Shown one piece after another: positions 30,047 to 43,554 of a stretch of 64,000 nt of DNA. Positions within the stretch are counted from its first letter, which is position 1. Every line of letters begins with the position of its first letter. Position numbers and translations under genes: made by a program. Source of the stretch: Promethearchaeota archaeon (GTDB lineage: Archaea > Asgardarchaeota > Lokiarchaeia > Sigyniarchaeales > SOKP01). The stretch spans positions 1 through 64,000 of the forward strand of contig JAHPZA010000005.1 in NCBI GenBank assembly GCA_019058445.1, written 5' to 3'. The notes under the pieces were generated by a model that ran no database searches, had not been told where the DNA came from, and worked only from the letters and a program-made list of their open reading frames with translations.

Positions 30047-33000
30047 TCACTCTTTGAGTATTGGTAGGGAGAAATAGAAAATAGAGCCTCTATTCCTTCC
30101 TTCAGATTCCATCCATACTTCTCCACCATGGAGTTCTACCAATTTTTTAGTAATATAAAGACCTAAGCCCGTTCCTTCCGTTGAGATATAAGAACCTCTG
30201 CCATAATGCTCTATTTTCCCGAATTGCTTAAACACTTTTTCTTTCTCTGCCTGTGTAAATCCTATCCCATTATCTTTTACGGAAATAATATAAAGGTTTT
30301 TTTTGATATCTGATTTTATTTCAATCATCCCATAAGGCGGAGTATATTTAATTGCATTTGTCAATAAATTGCCTACAACTTCATGGATCCTTTCTTTTTC
30401 AAATCGAGTTATTAATTTTTCGTGAATATTTAGTGTAATTTTTTGATTTCTCGTTTTAGCTAAACCATGTAATTCTTTAACAGTAAATCGAATTAAAAAT
30501 GCTAAATCTTCGACAGATGTTTTCAACTCAATTTGACCGGTTTCCAATTTTGAAGTTTTTAAAAGCTCAATGACTAAATTTTCAAGTCTCGAACAGCCTT
30601 GTATTATTTCCTCAATCATTGAAATGGTATCAATATCGAAAAAATCTTTATTCTGATGTAGTATTAGTTCTGAATAACCTTTAATGGAGATAAGAGGCGT
30701 TTTTAGCTCGTGGGAGATTCTTCGCAAGAATTCTGATTTTAGTTTATCGATGTCACTCAATTTTTTATTTTGTTCCTCTAATTTCTGTAATAATTGCCAT
30801 CTTCGCTCCTCTATTGCTATCGCATCACTAATTAATAAGAGGATTAATTGATCTTCATCAGAAACTTCAGGATTATGTTCATATAAGATTGAGATGGCAC
30901 TTTTATACTCATCTTGAGAATTGATGACTTTCCCATAAGCTCCTTTTATTTTATGTTTCTGTATAAAAGGATCGCCTCTCAATTGAGTATTTTCATGGAG
31001 GTTTGAAAAAACTTGAGGTAACTCATGGTTATGTTCAAAAATCTCACTCATAAAATAGATCTTCTTAAATTCTTCAACATGATGCGTATATAATTCATTC
31101 TCACTGGATATTATTTGAACAATTTGTTTTTCTTTATCGAAAAACTTTCTAGTATAAAGAACTAATGTACCCTTAGATAATTTGATAATAGTTTGAAGAA
31201 GTAATCGAATATTCTCTTTCACATCAGCAGTAAAATTGAAAAATACCTGATTTAATTCAAACATTAAATTTTCGAGTATTTTCCTTTCTGTTATATCTTG
31301 AATGATTGAATAGAATAAAGTTTGATTTTTTATCGTGATTTTAGAGACACGGGAATTTATCCATCGTATACTTCCATCTCTTCGAATAATTCGCAATTCT
31401 ACGGGCTCTACACTTTCTCCACTCATTAATGATTGAAATCGTTCTTTTAGGATCATTTTTTGTTTATCATTTAATTCTGGCATTAACAAATAATCCTGAT
31501 TTATTATTAATTGCCTATTTACACCAAACATTCTTTCAATAGCAGAATTACAATCGATTATTTTCCCCCCCGAATCAAATAAAAGTATGGCAAAAGGTGA
31601 ATTTTCGAAAAGGTGTCTGAATTTTTCTTCGGATTCTCTTAATTCCGTTTCTGCCCTTTTTTTTTCTGTAATATCTCTCATGAATCCACTAAATCCTATA
31701 ATATTTCCCTCACTATCAAATCTTAAATGAATGGTGGTCTCCCCATATGCAATACTCCCATTTTTCGTAATAACTTCAAATTCAAAGTTTTTTTGTTCAA
31801 TTGCCGTTCTATAAACCACATTAAAGGTTTTATATGTCTTTTTAGCCATTTCTTTTGTCGCAAACATTTTAAAACTCTTTCCTATTATTTCCTCGGAACT
31901 GTATTTAAAAAATCTGCAAAAAGCATCATTAATAAAAGTGAAATTACCTTTTAAATCAACTTCAAAATAACCTTCCTTAGTATTTTCAATGATATTACGA
32001 TATTTTTCTTCAGATTCTCTTAATTTTTGTTCTGCCGCTTTTTTTTCTGTAATATCTATCAAAGTTAGTAAATCTGCGGGGTGCCCTCTATATATAACTG
32101 AATTGGAATAATTATCCACCCATATAATTTCTCCTGATTTTTTGATTCCCCTATATTGGTACTGCGCTACTATATCTTGTTCCCCTTTCTGTTTTTTTAC
32201 AAATTGTTCTAACGCAAAAGCTCTATCATCCGGATATATCACCTTAGCAGCATCTTTAGGTTCCCATTGCATCATTTCTTCAATGTCATATCCCCAGATC
32301 TCCGCATATTTTTTATTTATATATTTAATTTTATTATCTTGGGCTATACATATGCCCATCAAAGACTGCTCGGTAATTGTCCTAAATTTTTCTTCTGATT
32401 CTTTTAGCTGTTGTTCTGCTTTCTTACGTTCTGTAATGTCTCTTGCAATTAATAAACCCTTTATTTTACCTTCTTTATCAATAAACCTTTTTCCCTTAAA
32501 TTCAAACCATAAATAATGTCCCTGTTTATGACGTAATCTTAATTCTATTGAGCCTTTTCCCATTTCAAAACCTAATTTTAACTCTTCTATAGCTTTATTG
32601 AAATCCTCAGGATGAATGATTTCCCATCGTGTTTTTCCTAACATATCGTTATTATTATATCCTAAAACATTCAAGTAAGTTTGTTCATTAATAAATTCAT
32701 GCTCAAATTTCTCATTAAGAACTGCTATGAGGTCATATGCATTTTCTGTAATTAATCTGTATTTCTCTTCTGATTCTTTTAATTTTTGTTCTGCCTTTTT
32801 ACGTTCTGTAATATCCCTGGACACATATAATATTTTTTTCCTATCATCTTGCCCTGTAAATACCTTTCCTTTAGTCTCAAACCATAAATAATGCCCGTTC
32901 TTATGCTTTAACCTTAGTTGATAGGTTACTTTTCCTTTCTTAAAACAAACTTTACTCGCATTTTTTATGTTATCTACATCGTCTTTATGAGTAATAAATA

Positions 33001-36000
33001 TTTTAAATGCAAGATTGTTCAATCTTTCTATAGAATAACCTAAAAGTTTAGAATGCGTTTGCTCATTAATATATTCCAAATTAAGGTTTTCATTATATAA
33101 GGAGATAAGATCGTCAGCATCTTCTGCAATTAAACGATATTTTTCCTCTGATTCTTTTAATTTCTGTTCTGCACGCTTCCGCGCTGTTATATCTCTAACA
33201 AATATTAGTTGTTTAGGATTATTGTTATTATCAAAAAATATACTAACACTTACTTCCACTGGACAATAATAACCCTTCTTATGTCTTAATTCTAATTCTA
33301 TTGTCCCTTTATCTCTTCGAAATAGATTTTTTATGTTTAAACCATAACTTTCTAAATAATTGGGATTAATAAAAGATTTAATGTCTTCTCCAATTATTTC
33401 TTCTGGAGTATATCCATAATTCCTTACCAGCGGTCTTTTATTAATATATTCTATTATTGAATTTTTATTTATAATGACAATCAAATCATTGGCATTTTCA
33501 GAGATTAAACGATAGTTTTCTTCAGATTCTTTTAGTTTCCGTTTAGCCAGAATGCGATCTGTTATATTATTCGTCATACTCAAAAGGAAAGGTTCATTAT
33601 TGATTTCTATTAAATTTGCTGAAAACAAATCACACCGAAATTCTCCATCGTCTGTTTCTGAAATTATTTCGAGATTACTTATACTCTCTTTTTCTTGAAT
33701 AGAACGTATAATCTCATCCCTTGAATCTTTATCTTTCCATAATTTTAGTTCTTGCGCTGTTTTTCCAATAACATCCTCCCTTTTAAAACCAAGATTTTTT
33801 ATAAATACCTCATTACATTCAATAAATCTCCCTTCTTTAAGATCACTTATCGCCATTGCTACAAAATTATTATTAAATGCTTTAAAAAATTTTTCTTCTG
33901 ATTCGCGTAACTTTTGTTCAGCACTTTTACGTTTCGTTACATCCAATAAAACACCACTAAATCCAAGAAAGTTTCCTTTATCATCATATAATGCGTTACT
34001 ATTATCTTGAATCCATCGAATCGTGCCATCTGCATGAAAGATTCTATACTCAATCTGTAACGGAATTCTTTTTTGAATACAGTTAATCATTGCTTCACTT
34101 ACCCTTTTAATATCATCTGGGTGTAATAAATTCGCATATGTTTGTGTTGATTTTTTTATAAATTTTGAAGGGGGATAACCACTTATTTTTTGTATAGCTT
34201 CACTAATGTACTGCATTTTCCAATTCTTATCCGTGTGAAAAACCGCTCCAGGAATATTTGAAACAGTAGTGCGATAATTTTTCTCAGACTCTCTTAATTT
34301 TTGTTCGGACATTTTACGTTCAGTGATATCAAGAATAATACCAAAAGCCCGAATTGGCTTATGGTGCTCATCTCGATCGATCTCCCATTCAGCATGAATG
34401 TGCTTTAGTTCCCCATCCGTGCAGATAATTCGGAATTCTTTATTATGAAGATCTGTGCCAGATATGTTATCTCTAATTGAATTAAAATTTTTTTCAAAAT
34501 CTTCGGGGTGTACATGTGTAAGCCATTCTTTTATGGTAGGTTTATAGTCTCTTGGACGTTTATACATTCTATATAACTCATCTGACCAAAATATTTTATT
34601 TGTTAGGATATTCCATTCCCAGTGTCCTAGATGTGCAATTCTTTGTGCATCTGATAATAAAGCTTCGCTCCTTCGTATTTTTTCCTCAGCCAATCTGCGC
34701 TCTGTTATGTCTCTTGACATTATAAGAGCTTTTTTATTACCATTACTATCTCTAAAAATTTTTCCTTTAGATTCATACCAAATATAGGTCCTATCTTTTT
34801 TTCGTATTCTACACTCTGTCATCCCTACACCATTGTCAAATCCGACTCTCAATTTCTCAACGATTTCTTCCATTTCATCTGGATGTACAAATTTTCCCGC
34901 GAATTTCCCGATCATATCCTCTCTTGAATATCCTAAAACTCTTTTGTGGGTTTCTTCATTAATATATTCGTATCGGAACTTTTCATCAAGCACATCAATT
35001 AAATCATTAGCATGTTCAGTGATTAGTCTATATTTTTCTTCTGATTCTTTTAATTCTTGTTCCAAAACATATTTTTCAGTTATATCGATAATTGTACCTT
35101 CAGATGCCACAGGAATTCCTTGATCATTCATAATTAAATGTGTATTCCCTTGTAGGATAATTTTTTCTCCCGTTATTTTTTTTGCCGGAGAAATATAATC
35201 CTTTACAAAACCCCTTTCTCTTAACTCAGAAATGAATTTTTTTCTATCCTTTGAATCTTGCCATAAGTTAAAAGATTGAGTACCAATCAAATTTTGGGTT
35301 GGCTCTATACCAAATATCTCATTAAATTTTGGATTATGATCTAAAATCATTCCATCGAAACTGACTCTGAAGAATCCTACATCTAGGCTATTAATCATAT
35401 TTCTATATTTTTCTTCTGATTGTTTTAACTTCTCTTCAGCTAATTTTTGGTCAGATATATCTTGGGTAATCACTTGAAATAACGTCTCATTAGCAAGTTT
35501 TACAATAGACGCTTGTATCAAAACCCAAATAACAGGCCCATCTTTTCTATGAAGCTGTAATTCCTGTGATTCTGGAGTTTCTCCTTTAAGTAATTTACTA
35601 AAACTATCAAAAATTACTCTACTATCATCTTTCGAAAAAGGATGAAAATTTTTGAAACTTTTTCCTAAAATTTCTTCCCTTGTATATCCAAAAATCTTTT
35701 CAATATTGGAATTTACTTGGACCACAACACCTTTACTATCTATTAAACTTACAGCGTATGGTGAGCTTTCAAATAGAATTCTAAATTTTTCCTCAGATTC
35801 CTTTATTTTTTGTTCCGCTTCAATTTTTGGAGTAATATTCTGAATAAATACCATATCTGCTTTCTTACCATCATAAATGATTGTATTGGTTTGAGTTTCA
35901 ACCCAAATAATCTGCCCTGATTTTTTATTGATTCGGAAATGAAGAAAGTTTAAAGCATTATTATCACCAGAATATAACTTTTGAGCTAAGGAAATAAGTT

Positions 36001-36949
36001 TATTTTGATCATCAGGATGTATTACCTTAAAAAACTCTCTTGTTTTCCAAGCTGATATTTCTTCTTGAGAATATCCAATAGCTTCTGCGAATGCAGGACT
36101 GAAATATTTTATATCAAAATCTTGAAATATGGCAAAACCCATAAAGGTTTGATCTGTAATTTTGTTTAATAATTCTTCAGATTGTTTTAATTTCTTTTCC
36201 ATCTTTTTCCGATCCGTTATATCTCTACCTATTAAAATAGCTTTCTTATTCCCAGCACTATCTATTATTCTTTGCCCACGGACTTCTTGCCAATGATAAT
36301 TTCCATACTTATCTTTAATTCTTAATTCTATGGTTCCATTACTCGATTTAAAATCTTTAAATAGATCTCTAGTAATTTTTTTTCTATCTTCTGGATGAAT
36401 ATTTTCAATTGAAGGTGTGCCAAGTAAATCTTCTTTAGTATAACCCATTACCTTTTTAAAAACACCTTCATTAATATATTCGAATTCAAGTTTCTCATTT
36501 AATTTGAAAATCATATCATTAGCATTTTCTGTAATAAGCCGATAATTTTCTTCGGATTCCTTTAATTTTTTTTCTATCCTTTTATTCTCGGTAATATCTC
36601 GTCCAACTGCCAATATACTTTGCTTTCCTTTAGCATTGACTAAATTTCCCTTAGTAGAAATATAAATTTCATTGCCATTTTTATGTATCATTCTAAATTC
36701 AGAGGAGAAAATATTTTGAGATTGTTTAGCTTTTAAAATTGATTCTTTAACATTAGAAATGTCTTCTGGATGGATATAATCTAAAATGCTCGCGTTCATA
36801 AGCTCATTTTGATGATAACCTAACAGATCAACACATTGAGGGCTAATATAAATAAATTTACCATTTAAACCCATTTCAAATATAGTGTCTAAAATATTAT
36901 CTACTAAAAATTGATATTTTTGTACTGCAATATTTTTCAAATTGAGCAC
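30047..36949 (-). CDS. Giant cytoplasmic sensor histidine kinase: about 15 PAS/PAC + GAF-like + HisKA + HATPase
   Basis: 15 D[IV]T-type PAC/linker motifs counted by eye; H-box SHELKTP, NLLTNAIKY, DNGIG, GTGLGL; no TM segments. Confidence 0.95.
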   Translation of the reverse strand: MLNLKNIAVQKYQFLVDNILDTIFEMGLNGKFIYISPQCVDLLGYHQNELMNASILDYIHPEDISNVKESILKAKQSQNIFSSEFRMIHKNGNEIYISTKGNLVNAKGKQSILAVGRDITENKRIEKKLKESEENYRLITENANDMIFKLNEKLEFEYINEGVFKKVMGYTKEDLLGTPSIENIHPEDRKKITRDLFKDFKSSNGTIELRIKDKYGNYHWQEVRGQRIIDSAGNKKAILIGRDITDRKKMEKKLKQSEELLNKITDQTFMGFAIFQDFDIKYFSPAFAEAIGYSQEEISAWKTREFFKVIHPDDQNKLISLAQKLYSGDNNALNFLHFRINKKSGQIIWVETQTNTIIYDGKKADMVFIQNITPKIEAEQKIKESEEKFRILFESSPYAVSLIDSKGVVVQVNSNIEKIFGYTREEILGKSFKNFHPFSKDDSRVIFDSFSKLLKGETPESQELQLHRKDGPVIWVLIQASIVKLANETLFQVITQDISDQKLAEEKLKQSEEKYRNMINSLDVGFFRVSFDGMILDHNPKFNEIFGIEPTQNLIGTQSFNLWQDSKDRKKFISELRERGFVKDYISPAKKITGEKIILQGNTHLIMNDQGIPVASEGTIIDITEKYVLEQELKESEEKYRLITEHANDLIDVLDEKFRYEYINEETHKRVLGYSREDMIGKFAGKFVHPDEMEEIVEKLRVGFDNGVGMTECRIRKKDRTYIWYESKGKIFRDSNGNKKALIMSRDITERRLAEEKIRRSEALLSDAQRIAHLGHWEWNILTNKIFWSDELYRMYKRPRDYKPTIKEWLTHVHPEDFEKNFNSIRDNISGTDLHNKEFRIICTDGELKHIHAEWEIDRDEHHKPIRAFGIILDITERKMSEQKLRESEKNYRTTVSNIPGAVFHTDKNWKMQYISEAIQKISGYPPSKFIKKSTQTYANLLHPDDIKRVSEAMINCIQKRIPLQIEYRIFHADGTIRWIQDNSNALYDDKGNFLGFSGVLLDVTKRKSAEQKLRESEEKFFKAFNNNFVAMAISDLKEGRFIECNEVFIKNLGFKREDVIGKTAQELKLWKDKDSRDEIIRSIQEKESISNLEIISETDDGEFRCDLFSANLIEINNEPFLLSMTNNITDRILAKRKLKESEENYRLISENANDLIVIINKNSIIEYINKRPLVRNYGYTPEEIIGEDIKSFINPNYLESYGLNIKNLFRRDKGTIELELRHKKGYYCPVEVSVSIFFDNNNNPKQLIFVRDITARKRAEQKLKESEEKYRLIAEDADDLISLYNENLNLEYINEQTHSKLLGYSIERLNNLAFKIFITHKDDVDNIKNASKVCFKKGKVTYQLRLKHKNGHYLWFETKGKVFTGQDDRKKILYVSRDITERKKAEQKLKESEEKYRLITENAYDLIAVLNEKFEHEFINEQTYLNVLGYNNNDMLGKTRWEIIHPEDFNKAIEELKLGFEMGKGSIELRLRHKQGHYLWFEFKGKRFIDKEGKIKGLLIARDITERKKAEQQLKESEEKFRTITEQSLMGICIAQDNKIKYINKKYAEIWGYDIEEMMQWEPKDAAKVIYPDDRAFALEQFVKKQKGEQDIVAQYQYRGIKKSGEIIWVDNYSNSVIYRGHPADLLTLIDITEKKAAEQKLRESEEKYRNIIENTKEGYFEVDLKGNFTFINDAFCRFFKYSSEEIIGKSFKMFATKEMAKKTYKTFNVVYRTAIEQKNFEFEVITKNGSIAYGETTIHLRFDSEGNIIGFSGFMRDITEKKRAETELRESEEKFRHLFENSPFAILLFDSGGKIIDCNSAIERMFGVNRQLIINQDYLLMPELNDKQKMILKERFQSLMSGESVEPVELRIIRRDGSIRWINSRVSKITIKNQTLFYSIIQDITERKILENLMFELNQVFFNFTADVKENIRLLLQTIIKLSKGTLVLYTRKFFDKEKQIVQIISSENELYTHHVEEFKKIYFMSEIFEHNHELPQVFSNLHENTQLRGDPFIQKHKIKGAYGKVINSQDEYKSAISILYEHNPEVSDEDQLILLLISDAIAIEERRWQLLQKLEEQNKKLSDIDKLKSEFLRRISHELKTPLISIKGYSELILHQNKDFFDIDTISMIEEIIQGCSRLENLVIELLKTSKLETGQIELKTSVEDLAFLIRFTVKELHGLAKTRNQKITLNIHEKLITRFEKERIHEVVGNLLTNAIKYTPPYGMIEIKSDIKKNLYIISVKDNGIGFTQAEKEKVFKQFGKIEHYGRGSYISTEGTGLGLYITKKLVELHGGEVWMESEGRNRGSIFYFSLPILKE

Positions 36950-37147
36950 ATCCTGATTTTAATTGTTAGCTAATTCATTAAAAAATTAGTATGTTTTTTC
37001 GAAAAAACTATATTTTATAAAATAAGACTGCTAATATTAAAAGTTGTGTGCAAAAAGGGTATTTTTCGTCGCAAAGTTGCGTCCAACTGGGAGAAAATCT
37101 GATTTATAAATATTCAGTATAATTTATTTTAAAAAAAAGTGAAAAAT

Positions 37148-37549
37148 TCATTCTACTTCAAACCACATTGGACTTTTATCATCAACATGCCCGTTATAAT
37201 TTACTGTTAGTTCTTCCCCCTTTTTTATATCTTTGAGGGTAATATATTCTATTATTTGATTCTCATAATCATAAATATATTTTAAATTTGGTTCATAAGA
37301 ATGGTTAAAAAATTGGCATTGGCTTAATGCGATAGCATTTTGAAAATCTGGTTTATCTGGATCATCCCATTCATAAACATACTGGTAAAGTATTGTATCC
37401 TGAATTTGTTCATAATCCTTATTAGAGATTAATATTACATGCCCCTTTTCTACGAGGGTTCCTTTCTTAATGTCTTTCTTTGCAAAAATCCCTTTCCCTT
37501 TCTTAGGTGAAATATATAAAATTTCCAGATGGTTATCCAATGACGTCAC
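37148..37549 (-). CDS. SET-domain protein-lysine methyltransferase
   Basis: KGKGIFAKKDIKKG, FFNHSYEPN, DIKKGEELTVNY. Confidence 0.93.
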   Translation of the reverse strand: MTSLDNHLEILYISPKKGKGIFAKKDIKKGTLVEKGHVILISNKDYEQIQDTILYQYVYEWDDPDKPDFQNAIALSQCQFFNHSYEPNLKYIYDYENQIIEYITLKDIKKGEELTVNYNGHVDDKSPMWFEVE

Positions 37550-37691
37550 TCCTTAAAACTTAATAATAATTCCAATTACATTTTCAGCGTATTTTATTTC
37601 ATTATTGGAGATATGATTTATTAAAGCTTTTTAAATAATTAATTTTTTATGGTTCAATATTGCATGAAAGTAAGAAAATCAAATTTTTAAA

Positions 37692-40844
<3,153 letters not shown>

Positions 40845-40933
40845 TTAAGTTTTTTCACATTTACTAATAACATTTATGGAGTACAAAATATGTAAGAAAG
40901 AAAAAATAATAGTTAAAAATTTTTAAAATCGAC

Positions 40934-41143
40934 TTAGTTTGAAGCTCCGGCTTTCTTAATTAAAATTATTTTCTTTACGGGAATATAGATTAATTGTTCG
41001 TGATCCTCATCTTTAAATAAAACAATATGTTCACTAACATCTTCAATCTTTCCAAATAGAACACAATGTGGATCAGGTAAACCACTAATATAGAGCCTGA
41101 TTAATTCTCCTTTTAATTCTTCTAAAATAGACCAAGGAATCAT
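40934..41143 (-). CDS. Small protein, possible Sm/Hfq-like fold
   Basis: 69 aa; helix followed by beta strands (GKIEDVSEHIVLF...LIYIPVKKIILI). Confidence 0.55.
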   Translation of the reverse strand: MIPWSILEELKGELIRLYISGLPDPHCVLFGKIEDVSEHIVLFKDEDHEQLIYIPVKKIILIKKAGASN

Positions 41144-41310
41144 AACAAATCACTATTAATTATTGTAATGAAGATAATTATGCTTATTCGCTTTTAAAAT
41201 TTTTAATCCCATCCATTTTAATAGAAACAAATCATTTTTAATCTAAAAAAGCAGTAATAATTTTTGAAATTTAATTACTTAATGTTTCCTATTTTAGAAA
41301 TTTATAACGG

Positions 41311-42570
41311 ATGAAGAAGAATATGAAAGAACAAGAAAATAAAGTATTAAAGCATGAAGAACGGAAAAAATTCGATTTTGTAGAGGATGATCCGAAAGGT
41401 AGGATTGAGGCAACCACCGAATATCCAATAATGTATCACGCGTTAGGAAGTGAACCTAAAACAGAACATCCCTATAATGTATATAACGATATTAAAACTG
41501 AACCAGTTGCTATACGCAAAACTTTAGAATATGCCAAAGAATCCATCAGTAAAATTGCTGATGAATTCATTGAAAGAGGAATTAAACATATTGTAGGCAT
41601 TGGGATGGGTACTTCTCAATTTGTGGCTCAATCAGCAGGACCCGCATTCTGGGAATGGACGAATATAACCTCTGAAGATAGAGATTCTGTTGAGTGCCTA
41701 ACAGTTAATAAGCCTTATGACTACGAATATACAGCACTATTTGCTTATAGTGGAAGTGGAAGCACAGTTGATACCCTTGCAGCGACGGAAAAATTAAAAG
41801 AAAAAGGCTGCTATTGCGTTGCTATTACCTCGGTAGCCGGAAGTCCTTTAACGAAAATATGCCATGATACAATTGCCTGCGCTGGAGGCTTTGATACAGG
41901 AGGATCGGACACATTTCATTATGCAACTCGATTAGCAGCAAGTTTATTACTCGCTCTCACCCTCGGAGAGAGAAAGGGTATTAAAGGAACAGATTTTGAA
42001 AGTCTAAGAAAACAATTGAATCAAATCCCAGATCTTATGGCTGAGAGATGGAATATTTTCGATGCGCGCTGTTGGAGCATTGCTAAATATTATGCTCAGG
42101 TTCGCAGCATAATCATAGTTGGTGCGGGACCAAATTTCGGGACTGCTGAAGAAATGGAACTTAAATTCGAGGAAATGGCCCATATTCCGGCAAAATCTAT
42201 GGTTCCTACTAGACATCTCCATGGAGCATTAGGATTGACTGATGAAAAAATCTTAACAATTCTCCTTTATCCTAAAAATAATTCGGAGAAATGGTTTGAA
42301 CAAATTGCCAAATTCACAATGATGATAAAAAGTCCTGTTATCGCGATTTTACCCGATAATGAAGATAAAATATCAGCCCTAATGGATTATGTAGTCCGTA
42401 CACCTATTGATAATGAACATTTATTTGCCTTATATGTGGTTCCAATTATTCAATTACTTCCCTATTATTGTGCAGTAGAACAAAAAAATATAAATCCCGA
42501 TTGTCAAAAATCTAATATCCCTAAACATGCGAGAGCATGGATCATGATATTAAAACCGGGAGAACATTAA
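41311..42570 (+). CDS. Double-SIS sugar-phosphate isomerase/deglycase (GlmS/AgaS/FrlB-like)
   Basis: GMGTS, SGSGSTVDT, GAGPNFGTAEEMELKFEEM, HLHG; no glutaminase domain. Confidence 0.85.
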   Translation: MKKNMKEQENKVLKHEERKKFDFVEDDPKGRIEATTEYPIMYHALGSEPKTEHPYNVYNDIKTEPVAIRKTLEYAKESISKIADEFIERGIKHIVGIGMGTSQFVAQSAGPAFWEWTNITSEDRDSVECLTVNKPYDYEYTALFAYSGSGSTVDTLAATEKLKEKGCYCVAITSVAGSPLTKICHDTIACAGGFDTGGSDTFHYATRLAASLLLALTLGERKGIKGTDFESLRKQLNQIPDLMAERWNIFDARCWSIAKYYAQVRSIIIVGAGPNFGTAEEMELKFEEMAHIPAKSMVPTRHLHGALGLTDEKILTILLYPKNNSEKWFEQIAKFTMMIKSPVIAILPDNEDKISALMDYVVRTPIDNEHLFALYVVPIIQLLPYYCAVEQKNINPDCQKSNIPKHARAWIMILKPGEH

Positions 42571-42586
42571 TCAAAGTTGTATTTAT

Positions 42587-43531
42587 ATGGATTATAAAAT
42601 AGGAGTTATAGGACCTGTTAATTTAGATTTAATAATTAAGGGTAATGCTCCAACTAATATCAATGAATTAATTGAATGGGCAGATTTATCTGATGTATAC
42701 TGCATAACGGCGGGAGCTGCTGGTAATGTTGCGCAAAATCTTAAAAAACTCGGAAATGAAATTCATTTAGTTTCTTGTGTGGCAGATGATAATTTTGGAA
42801 CAATAGTATTGTCTTCATTGAAAAAAAGTGGAATACAAACAGACTTTATCACTGTCGAAGAAGGAAAGGAAGGAGGAATCGCTATATATATTTTGTTATT
42901 TGGAGATAATAAACGCCCTGCGACATATAAAATGCCAACTCATCACGGTTGGCCGCATGAAATTAGTGAAAGTATGAGAAATTACCTATTGGATACAGAT
43001 TTATTACATTCTTCTGGCTACCTGCATTTTTCTGATTTATGGAATGATGATTTTTTAAACCTCTTTAAGGAAGCAAAAGAAAAAGGAATTAAAACTTCAA
43101 TGGATCCTCAGTTTCCTTTAAAACCTCTGGATCCCCCTTGGATTAAGGTAATAAAACCATTGATTCCTTATATTGATATTTTAATGGTTGATGAGAGTGA
43201 AGCAATAAATATAACAGGATTAAACGAAATAAATGAAGCCGCAGATATGCTTATAACTGAAGGATTTGAAATTGTTGCGATTAAATTAGGTGAGAGGGGC
43301 GCAATAGTGCTAGATAAAGATATAAGTGAGCAAATCTCGGCGATTCAACCTAAAATTATTATTGATAGTATAGGGGCAGGGGATGCATTTGATGCTGGAT
43401 TTTTGCAAGGATTATTAGAGGGAAAAACTCTAAAAAACTCCGGTAAAATGGGAATTAAAGCAGCATCAATGAGTTTACAAGGTATAGATAGTACAGAAAA
43501 GTTTCCTACGAGAGCTTTATTAGATTTTTGA
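42587..43531 (+). CDS. PfkB/ribokinase-family carbohydrate kinase
   Basis: AGAAGNVA, KLGERGA, DSIGAGDAFDAG. Confidence 0.93.
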   Translation: MDYKIGVIGPVNLDLIIKGNAPTNINELIEWADLSDVYCITAGAAGNVAQNLKKLGNEIHLVSCVADDNFGTIVLSSLKKSGIQTDFITVEEGKEGGIAIYILLFGDNKRPATYKMPTHHGWPHEISESMRNYLLDTDLLHSSGYLHFSDLWNDDFLNLFKEAKEKGIKTSMDPQFPLKPLDPPWIKVIKPLIPYIDILMVDESEAINITGLNEINEAADMLITEGFEIVAIKLGERGAIVLDKDISEQISAIQPKIIIDSIGAGDAFDAGFLQGLLEGKTLKNSGKMGIKAASMSLQGIDSTEKFPTRALLDF

Positions 43532-43554
43532 AGGAGGTATTCTTTAGTAAAAAA

